A DNA stretch of 64,000 bases from the human T2T-CHM13v2.0 reference genome, Homo sapiens: assembly GCF_009914755.1 (NCBI RefSeq), contig NC_060925.1. One strand, 5' to 3'. Shown in pieces: positions 42,458 through 56,627 of the stretch. Positions within the stretch are counted from its first letter, which is position 1. The number at the start of each line of letters is the position of its first letter. The notes under the pieces were generated by a model. That model did not search any database and was not told where the DNA came from. It worked only from the letters and a program-made list of their open reading frames with translations. The translations under genes and the position numbers were made by a program.

Positions 42458-43077
42458 CTCATGATGCCAAGCAAAGTATGTCAGCATGTTATCTCAAAAC
42501 ATCCACCTTAACCAGGAAAAAAAATAATTTTCTAAGTATCTTCAAGTGCAAAATAAGAAACAAGTAACTTTAAAAGATCAGTTAGTTATCAAATCAAACT
42601 CAAGGAGCTACCTGTAAAGTCATGCATTAGTAATTAAAAGCCAAAATATCTCATATTATTTCATAATGGCTCATTTGACCCACATGCCTGAATTGTCTGC
42701 CCTGCATTTGGGACCAATGAGGCAAGGAAAATAGAAAAGGGGCCACTTTTAAATAATGTGATTAGTAAGTGCATCATGGCATTTCAGGTGGCAAATTAAT
42801 GAATCAAAATGTTTCTGTTGCAGGTTGATATATCTACAAATATTAGTAATTGGGCTCAATAATTGCATTGGCTAAAAATCCCTGAAGAAAAAGGCTTGAA
42901 AGAAACTTATTTGTTTTGCAAAGGAGTACCAAAGCAAACCACAGGTAATGAAATATTCAAAGTGATAAATGGAAGCACTGAAACAAATATTATCAGAACC
43001 CTGCATAAATCTGTGCACAGATGATATAGCTACAATGACAGGGAGTGGTCAAGGTTGTACATCAAGAGTTCATTCTG

Positions 43078-43982
43078 GGAGGAGCCAAGATGGCCGCATA
43101 GGAACAGCTCTGGTCTACAGCTCCCAGTGTGAGTGATGCAGAAGACGGGTGAATTCTGCATTTCCATCTGAGGTACTGGGTTCATCTCACTAGGGAGTGC
43201 CAGACAGTGGGCGCAGGTCAGTGAGTGCGCGCACCGTGCACGAGCCGAAGCAGGGCGAGGCATTGCCTCACTCGGGAAGCACAAGGGGTCAGGGAGTTCC
43301 CTTTCCTAGTCAAAGAAAGTGGTGACAGATGGCACCTGGAAAATCGGGTCACTCCCACCCGAATACTGCGCTTTTCCGACAGGCTTAAAAAATGGCACAC
43401 CAGGAGATTATATCCCGCACATGGCTCGGAGGGTCCTACGCCCATGGAGTCTCGCTGATTGCTAGCACAGCAGTCTGAGATCAAACTGCAAGGCGGCAGC
43501 GAGGCTGGGGGAGGGGTGCCCGACATTTCCCAGGCTTGCCTAGGTAAAAAAAGCAGCCTGGAAGCTCGAACTGGGTGGAGCCCACCACAGCTCAAGGAGG
43601 CCTGCCTGCCTCTGTAGGCTCCACCTCTGGGGGCAGGGCACGGACAAACAAAAAGACAGCAGTAACCTCTGCAGACTTAAATGTCCCTGTCTGACAGCTT
43701 TGAAGCGAGCAGTGGTTCTCCCAGCATGCAGCTGGAGATCTGAGAATGGGCAGACTGCCTCCTCAAGTGGGTCCCTGACCCCTCAACCCCCGAGCAGCCT
43801 AACTGGGAGGCACCCCCCAGCAGGGGCAGACTGACACTTCACACGGCCGGCTACTCCCACAGACCTGCAGCTGAGGGTCCTGTCTGTTAGAAGGAAAACT
43901 AACAAACAGAAAGGACATCCACACCAAAAACCTATTTGTACATCACCATCATCAAAGACCAAAAGTAGATAAAACCACAAAG
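43078..43982 (+). promoter_or_regulatory. L1 5'UTR internal sense promoter and antisense promoter
   Basis: YY1 site AAGATGGCCG intact near the 5' end; CpGs partly retained. Promoter function is inferred from established L1PA biology, not shown here. Confidence 0.7.
43218..43526 (-). CDS. L1 ORF0 homolog (antisense), open, 102 aa
   Basis: MSGTPPPASLPPCSLISDCCASNQRDSMGVGPSEP...RVGVTRFSRC matches the primate ORF0 N-terminus; ATG at 43526-43524. Expression is unknown. Confidence 0.55.
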   Translation of the reverse strand: MSGTPPPASLPPCSLISDCCASNQRDSMGVGPSEPCAGYNLLVCHFLSLSEKRSIRVGVTRFSRCHLSPLSLTRKGNSLTPCASRVRQCLALLRLVHGARTH

Positions 43983-44996
43983 ATGGGGAAAAAACAGAAC
44001 AGAAAAACTGAAAACTCTAAAAAGCAGAGCGCCTCTCCTCCTCCAAAGGAACGCAGTTCCTCACCAGCAATGGAAGAAAGCTGGACGGAGAATGACTTTG
44101 ACCAGCTGAGAGAAGAAGGTTTCAGACCATCAAATTACTCCAAGCTGTGGGAGGACATTCAAACCAAAGGCAAAGAAGTTGAAAACTTTGAAAAAAATTT
44201 AGAAGAATGTATAACTAGAATAACCAATACAGAGAAGTGCTTAAAGGAGCTGATGGAGCTGAAAACCAAGGCTCAAGAACTATGTGAAGAATGCAGAAGC
44301 CTGAGGAGCCAATGCAATCAACTGGAAGAAAGGGTATCAGCGTTGGAAGATGAAATGAATGAAATGAAGCAAGAAGGGAAGTTTAGAGAAAAAAGAATAA
44401 AAAGAAACAAGCACAGCCTCCAAGAATATGGGACTATGTGAAAAGACCAAATCTACGTCTGATTGGTGTACCTGAAAGTGACGGGGAGAATGGAACCAAG
44501 TTGGAAAACACTGCAGGATATAATCCAGGAGAACTTCCCCAATCTAGCAAGGCAGGCCAACGTTCAGATTCAGGAAATACAGAGAACGCCACAAAGATAC
44601 TCCTCGAGAAGAGCAACTCCAAGACACATAACTGACAGATTCACCAAAGTTGAAATGAAGGAAAAAATGTTAAGGGCAGCCACAGAGAAAGGTCGGGTTA
44701 CCCTCAAAGGGAAGCCCATCAGACTAACAGCAGATCTCTCGGCAGAAACTCTACAAGCCAGAACAGAGTGGGGGCCGATATTCAACATTCTTAAAGAAAA
44801 GAATTTTCAACCCAGAATTTCATATCCAGCCAAATTAAGCTTCATAAGTGAAGGAGAAATAAAATACTTTACAGACAAGCAAATGCTGAGAGATTTTGTC
44901 ACCACCAGGCCTGCCCTAAAAGAGCTCCTGAAGGAAGCACCAAACATGGAAAGGAACAACCGGTACCAGCCACTGCAAAATCATGCCAAAATGTAA
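43983..44996 (+). pseudogene. L1 ORF1p, frameshifted
   Basis: MGKKQNRKT... to ...NHAKM. A 1-nt deletion near 44427 gives a stop at 44439-44441; a 2-nt deletion occurs near 44510. Confidence 0.93.
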
Positions 44997-45059
44997 AGAC
45001 CATCGAGACCAGGAAGAAACTGCATCAACTAACGAGCAAAATAACCAGCTAACATCATA

Positions 45060-48888
<3,829 letters not shown>

Positions 48889-51800
48889 ACAATGAGAACA
48901 CATGGACACAGGAAGGGGAACATCACACTCTGGGGACTGTTGTGGGGTGGGGGGCGGGGGGAGGGATAGCATTGGGAGATATACTTAATGCTAGATGATG
49001 AGTTAGTGGGTGCAGTGCACCAGCATGGCACATGTATACATATGTAACTAACCTGCACATTGTGCACATGTACCCTAAAACTTAAAGTATAATAATAATA
49101 AATAAAAAAAAGAAAAAAAAAAGGAGTTCATTCTGAAAACCATGAGATGCAAATAATACATTGTTTTATTCACAGGGAAGCCCTCATATGAACAAGTTTG
49201 CCTATAGATCTGAATTTCACGTGAATGATACTATAAAAATGGTGAGTCTAATGAAATCCAAGCTGCATAGTCCCATCAGTTTTCAGCTTTATCTAAATAA
49301 ATGGTATCATAACATCCATTTCTGATATTTCACAATGAAGTGCATTGGCTGGCCAGAGAAAGTATTGTGTCAGTAATCTATGAACAAAAGGAAGAATTGA
49401 AAATTGTTTTATAAATCATTCACACCATGCAGATAGACTAAAGAACAGTTAATGACTTTTCTAAATGGTTTAACTGACAATTTTGAGCATCTGATTGAAA
49501 TTAATTAAAAATTACCAGAACTGCGTGAAAACATATAAATGTGTTTGACAAAGTTTATGCATTCAGGACAAAAATTTAACTTAGGAAAACTGAGGTTAAT
49601 ATGATTTACCAGTAATATTAATCAGGACTAACATATCAACTCTAAAAATGACTAGAGACCAATAGAGAAACATATGTGCAGGCTTAGGGAAAATTTCATC
49701 ATTATTTAGAAATACTCAATATGATCAAGTTTGATTGTATTCTAAATCCATTAATATTATCATGATATTATATTTGTCAATAAAACAAAAGGCAGAGCTT
49801 CTAGTTTTAAAGAGTTATCTTACCCTTAAAATACAACTTAAAGAGATCAAATTATCTAAATTCCTACTAATGATGAGAGAGAAGTTTCCGCCAGTTGAAG
49901 AATAAGAGATATTATTGTGCCATTTGCTATCATGTATGTGTGCAAATAAACTTTATTTCCAGTGCTGACTATTAAGATCTTGGTTAAGATTTATATGCAT
50001 TCATTTCAAACATAAAACCTGATATTAAAAAGTAAAGTCTGTGAAAGCAAGCTCAAGTTTATTAACTTTTTCAAATGCAATATATGTAAATATAAATCCC
50101 CTCCTGTTTACTCCAGTGAGTCACAGAAATAAAGTATCATCAGTTTCCATGTGTGCAGGGATGCAAAAAATGCTGGGAAACAGTGTTTTAATATATTATG
50201 TGCACCGTGCATATTCAAAAGGGTACTACAGTATGTAGCTTTTCCCAAACTTGCTCAGTCGTAGAACTTTTCTTGCATGTAACAATGGTTAATGTCTTGT
50301 GTTGCACTGGTGTTCCGTGGAACACAGTTTGGGAAAACCGATGCAATCTCAACTTATAATTACACAGCTTTCCAGACAGGGAAAGTGTATTGCCCAAGGT
50401 CATGGGGTAACACATATCTCTGCTTTCAAACCATTGCTGTCTTATACGACTTCCCCAAGGAGGCCATCTAAGTAGGATATGGAGAAACCCATCAACAAGT
50501 CCTTATTGTTTTTTTTCTTAATGATGAACTTTCATCATTTTAACTGTAGCTCCATAGCAACTAGAGTTGCATTTATCCTGTGGTTTCCTGCCATTTGTTT
50601 TGGAAGCCTGTTCTCCTTTTGTATTATTAAATTTATTATTAAGTCCCATGGCTGGTTTAGATTGTATACTTCCTTGTTTGTTCAGTCATCTGGCTAATTT
50701 GGCTCACCAGAGATAGTATTTTTCAAAGGCTTTCCTCTTCTTAAATTCATCCAGAAATTGGAAATCTGAACAGCCGTTACAGAGTTCCTCAGCCCTAAGA
50801 TTACACAATCCCTAGGTGTGAGGTGGGGATCAGGCATCAGAATTTTCAGGCTTCAAATCTTCAATCCTGATCTTTAACTCTTTTCTTCTTATGCTTTACA
50901 TAAGATTTTAAAGAGAAGGACGTATTCCATCCCTTGGCCCTTGTGACATGTGTCTGGGAGATGGAGTGGCAACAGGAAGTCTATTGAGCTGTGCTCCCTA
51001 AAAGGAAGGTGAAGACAGCAGGGCTGGGTTGGGGAGGATCTGGGCTGAGATGGAGATACAACCAAGGCTTCAACATACCCCATAGGGAGCTCCAAAGATG
51101 GGACTGCCTTTGTATGGGTCCCCAAGCCTTTGTACCTTTGCATCTTCCAGTCACTGAATGCTGGCTGGTCCCAGGAAGGGGCATGAACTTGGGTGAGGCA
51201 GCTTTCTTCTGCTGAGGGTATATATAGGTGAGGGCTATAAACCAGCCGCTGCTGGGGGAATCAAGCCTTCATTCTTGCTGGGGACATGTGGATTTGGCAG
51301 TCCCACACAGTATCCACCATCACTGGAGAATTTCTCTTGACCTTAGTCCAACAACCCATCTCCTAATCAAACAATTACTAGCAAATATTTGGACCCCCAT
51401 GCTACAGCTTGAGAAACCTAAGGCCTACCTTCCTCCCTAAGTGAAGGAAAGTAACACTAGCTGATGATGTTCAGTGTAGTCAAAATTCAGAAGACCTGGA
51501 AAACCTGGATGCTTTGCATGGCATAACCCATGTTTAGTTGGCTGGTGCCACTTACTGAGTCAGTTCCCTTGTCCCTTGCAATGTGCCCCCATGTATTTCT
51601 AGGAGATACAGGGTTATCTCATTTGGGCTTAGGTATCTCCTCCAGCCTTTTCCTCTGGGAACTGCTGCATTCACCAGGCACAGCTGTTGCCACCTCCAGA
51701 GTACTACAGCCCTCAGGGTATCAAAGCAGCTGGCTATGAGCCCTGGATACCACTTCACAAAGCATGCTGCACTCTCTCCCTCTTCGGGTTCATCATCTAA

Positions 51801-51974
51801 GTACTAAAGCTGTGCTGACCTGTGCCTCAGAGTCTATGTGATATTTCATGAAACAACTTTCAGCCTTTACTTCAGCTCTCCCTGCATGCTCCCTACTCTC
51901 CCAGCTCCACCACTGGACTCAGATTTCAGTCCTTGGGACTTGGCTAGGAGACAGGTCCAAGTGACAGTTGCTGT

Positions 51975-53410
51975 GCTGTGCTTCAGAGTAATGCAGTCTT
52001 TGGGTTTGGAGCCCAGCGCTGCTACTTACTGGGTGTTCTTAGTCAAGTTACTGCAACTCTCTGAGTCTCAGTTTTCTTATCTGTTAAATGGAAACTTGAT
52101 ACTTTCTACCTCAGAGTGTTGGTGGGAGAATTTTTTAAATTAACATATGTAAAGCGCTTAGAACAGTGTGCAGCACAGAGTAAGCATTCAGTAATAGCAC
52201 TTCTTTTTAGAATTGGCCTCCCCTCCAAGCACCAGGCCACCCTTGTCTAACTGGCTCCCCTGGAGCTCCTGAGTTCCGTCAGCAGATTTCTGACTGGCCA
52301 GCCTGACTGTCTTGCTGTACTGGCCCCAGAGATGAAAACAGTGCAGTCCCAACAGGGACCCTGCACCTCATGGCACTTGCGAATGGACTTCTTTCAGTCT
52401 TTTTAGGCGGTGGGACCCTCCAGAGCTGGGCCTCTGGCCACCCATCCACCCCCACCACACAGGCCTCTGTAGCTTTAATTCTGCCCAAGTTGACCCCTTG
52501 GGAGAGCTCAGCAGACCTCAGCAGCACCTCTGACCTTGTGACATGGGAGCTCCACCCCAGCTCCGTGGCCTCCCAGACAAATGAGAAGACACCCGGAGCC
52601 CCAGGTGACTTGCATCTGTTTCTCTCTCCCAAGGCCACAGGACAGCAACACCACATCTCTCTTCTCAATCCCCCTTCCCTTTGCCTCATCATTGCTTGTG
52701 CAGTGCAGTGCATGTCTCTGGAGACAGAGCAGAGAGCAGGTTTCCCACTGCCCTGGTACCTTCTCCACTGGAGCCCTTGGTTAGGAGCACCTGCTTTGAG
52801 AACCTGCCAAGACCTGCAATCCCCCTCACACACAAAGAGGCCTCTGTGGGCTATTCTCAACTGCCTGTCTTCTGACCAAATTTCAGCCCAGATTCTGTTC
52901 CTGGCTGACCTTGGCCAAGTCATTTTACTTCTCTGGACCTGGCTGGGTTACTTATCCCTGAAATATGGGAGGCGAGTAAGATGATCTCATTGGCTCCCTC
53001 CAGCTCTAACAGTCATGAATCCGTCACTGAGGGAGAGCAGCGAGTGGAGGTATACTCATCAGAAGCATGAGTTCCAGTCCTGACTTTGCCACTCCCTCTC
53101 CATGTGGTTTTTAGCAATCCCTTTAAGCCTTGGTTTCCTCATCTTTGAAAAACAAACGAAGGTCCCAGCCTAACAACAATAATGCCAGTCCTTATTGAGA
53201 CATGTGCTGAGTGCTTTACATACAATATCCAAATCATCCTCCAACAATCCTATGGTACAGGTATTACTATCCCCACTGTACCAATAGGTAGTCTGAGCTG
53301 TCAAAGTTAAGCAAATTGTGCAAGGTTGCAGAGTTAGAAAGTGTGTCAAGTCAAAGTGCCTCAGGAATCCAATCTAGGACCATCTGCCCGTGCTCTGAAT
53401 CACTATACAC
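51975..53410. mobile_element. Cluster of MIR/MIR3 fragments
   Basis: + MIR ~51975-52200, MIR3-like ~52880-53010, + MIR ~53040-53160, - MIR ~53170-53410. Confidence 0.6.
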
Positions 53411-53988
53411 TGTAGCCCCCATGAGGTCTGACAAAGGCATCAACATCAAAGTATTTTGTACACCATAGCTCATTATTTGTCTCTCTTTGCATTCACCCAA
53501 AAAGGATCCTGAACTTAAGCAACAATTCTTATTGTTGAGCATAATAGTGTGTGTGTTTATATACACACATACATGCATACACACATGACTTGCATAGAAT
53601 GAAGTGTGCAGATTTTAGGGGTACAACTTGGTGAATTTTTATGTATGCCAGCTGTGTTACTACCACTCTGACCATAATGCAGAACATTTTTAGCTTCCCA
53701 GAAGGCTCCCTCACATCCCTCAGAGTCAATATCCTACAAAGGGTAACTACTATTTTGACCTCTTATTACTATAGGTTATTGCTATCGTTTTGCCTGGTTT
53801 TGAACCTCATATAAGTGGAATCATCAGCAAACTTTCACTTAACACTGTTAAGCAGTAAGTTGTTTCTTACCCATTTTATTGTTGATGGACATTCGGATTG
53901 TTTCAGGTCTTTGTCTATTATGAATAACATAGTTATGAGCATTCCCATTCATTTAGCTATTATGAATAAAGCAGCTATAAGCATTCTT

Positions 53989-54761
53989 TTTTTAACTTTC
54001 ATTTTAGGTTCAGGGGTACGCGTGCAGGTTTGTTACACAGATAAACTCGTGTCATGGGGGTTTGTTGTACAGATTATTTCATCACCTGGTATTAACCTTA
54101 GTACCCAATTTTCTCTGCCCCTCTCCCTCCTCCCACTCTCCACACTCAAGTAGTCCCCAGTGTCTGTTGTTCCCTTCTTTGTGTTCATGAATTCTCATCA
54201 TTTAACTCCCACTTATAGGTGACAACATGTGGTATTTGGATTTCTGCTCCTGCATTAGTTTACTAAGGATAATGGCCTCTACCTCCATCCATGTTCCAGC
54301 AAAAGACAAGATCTCTTTCTTTTTTATGGCTGCAGAGTAGTCCATGGTGTATACGGACCACATTTTCTTTATCCAATCTGTCATTGGTGGGCATTTAGGT
54401 CGATTCCATGTCTTTGCTATTGTGAATAGTGCTGCAGTGAACATTCACAAGCATGTGTCTTTATAGTAGAATGATTTATATTCCTTTGGGCATATACTCA
54501 TTAATGGGATTGCTGGGTCGAATGGTATTAGGTTGGTGCAAAAGTAATTGAGGCTTTTGCACCAACCTAACAGTTTTGCTTTTAGCTCTTTGAGGAATTG
54601 CCATGCTGCTTTCCACAATGGTTGAACCAATTTACACTCCCACCAACAGTGTGTAAGTGTTGCCTTTACTCCACAACCTTACCAGCATCTATTATGTTTT
54701 GACCTTTTAGTAGTAGCCCTTCTGACTGCTGTGAGATGGTATCTCATTGTGGTTTTGATTT
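53989..54761 (-). mobile_element. 5'-truncated L1PA13-16-type 3' end
   Basis: TTTTAGGTTCAGGGGTACGCGTGCAGGTTTGTTAC...; reverse ORF2 C-terminus (WNRPKCPPMTDWIKKMW); GCATTCTT on both sides (53981-88, 54762-69). Confidence 0.85.
54528..54570. mobile_element. Internally deleted MADE1 (Hsmar1-derived MITE), 43 bp
   Basis: Perfect 17-bp inverted repeats TTAGGTTGGTGCAAAAG / CTTTTGCACCAACCTAA; TA on the left, CA on the right. Confidence 0.9.
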
Positions 54762-56194
54762 GCATTCTTAATGGACATGAACACTTATTTTTACTGGTTG
54801 TACACCTACGAATGAAATTGCTGGATGGTACATTACATCTATGTTTAGTTTTAATGATGACTGTCAATAGTTTTCCAAAGGGGTTGTAATAATTTACATT
54901 CTCACATATGAGAGTTCTAGTTGCTCCACATCCTTACTAATCATATTTTCAGTCCTCCTAATTTTAGCCGTTCTGGTGGGTGTAGTGGTATCTATTGTGG
55001 TGTTAATTTGTCTTTCCATGATGAGTACTTGTGTCGAATCCATTTCCATATGCTACTGACCATTGGATATCCTGTGTTATGAAGTACCTGTTCAAGTCTT
55101 TTGCCTACCCTTTTATGAAGTTAAGTTGAATTATCTACTTTGTATTTTGATTTATAGAGTTTCTTTAACTATTCTGTATGTGAGTTCTTAGGTATCTATT
55201 CAGTGAATACCATCTCCCAGGCTATGACTTGCATTTTCACTCTGCTAATGGTATGTTTTGGAGAATACAAGTTCCTACCATCAATCTTCTTTTTGTGGCT
55301 GCTGCATTTTTTGTCCTGTTTGTCTACCCCAAGATTATGAAAATATTCTATGTTGTTCTTCTAGAGACTGTATTGTTTTTACCATTTGTATTTATATCTA
55401 CAATATGCCTGAAATTACTTTTGGAGGTAACGGGTCAAGGTTCTTTTTCTTTTTTTTTTTTTTTTTTGGATGTGGATATCTAATTGACCCAGCACCACTT
55501 ATGTAAAAGACAGCCCTTGCCCCCATAGAATTGCAGTGGCACCCTTGACTCAGATCAGGTGACTACATATGTGTAGGCCTATCTCCTAATTCTCTATTCT
55601 GTTCCTTTGGTCTATTGGGCTATCTTTGCCAATACCACATAAGAAATTTTGGTAGCTACTAGTATAAATATTCCAGCTTTGCTCTTTTTCTCTAAGATTT
55701 ACCTTAGCTAGTCTAGATCCTTTTAGTTTCCATATGACTTCTAGGATCAGTATGTAAATTCCCCCCAAATAAATCTGCTAAGATATTTTTTGCCCTTATT
55801 CTTAGGGTATGGTCCTTACTTCTAAGTGTGACCTTTCCAGGGGCTCTATTGAAAGCCCGGGGTATTTACAAAGGCCCTCCACCTTGGCAGAACTTGAACT
55901 CCAATCTTTGTGTCCCTAGCACCACCCAAGAGCTGAACACTCTACTTCAGCTTGTTCTCTTCCTGGTGGTTATTTTTGTTGGCGTTCCCTGAGCCACTGC
56001 ATGCAGTTTAGAAGTCAGCAACGACTTGAGGGGATTGGTGTGCAGATCTCGGGGGCTCCCTCCTTGCAGTTTCCTCTTCCCCAGGTTTTTCACTCTCCAA
56101 TCCCAATCACTTTGGAAACGCTAACCTCCATCTCCTTAGCTCAGCAAGATATCACTCTGCTGGGGCTCTAATCTCAATAGAAAGAGCCAAGGTG

Positions 56195-56627
56195 GGCCAG
56201 GGGTGGTGGCTTATGTCTGTAATTCCAACATTTTGGGAAGCCAAGGTGGGAGGATCACTACAGGCCAGGAGTTTGAGAACAGCCCGTGAAACAAAGCAAG
56301 ACACCCATCTCTACCAAAAACAACAACAACAAAACAAAACGAACAAAAAAATGTTTTTTTTAAATTAGGGTGGTGCATGCCTGTAGTCTCAGCTACTCTG
56401 GAGGCTGGGACAGGAGGATCACTTGAGCCTAGGAGTTTGAGACTCAATCATACCTCACTGCAAACTCCCAGAAGTTTGAAGCTACAGTGAGCTATGATTG
56501 TGCCACTGCACTCCAGCCTAGGTGACAGAGTGAGAATCTGTCTCAAAATGAAAGAAAAGAGAAAAAGAAAAGAAAACAGAAGAGAAATGAAAAGGAAGAA
56601 AACGAAAAGAAAAGAAAAGAAAAAGAC
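56195..56627 (+). mobile_element. AluJ with an internal inverted duplication and a GAAAA-type tail
   Basis: Dimer; TSD AAGAGCCA(A/G)GG at 56182-56192 and 56628-56638. Confidence 0.88.

Noticed and set aside
52279-52984. Overlapping antiparallel ORFs of 214 aa and 204 aa
   Set aside because: No recognisable domain or splice structure, and the ends run into MIR sequence. Consistent with chance ORFs in locally GC-richer DNA.
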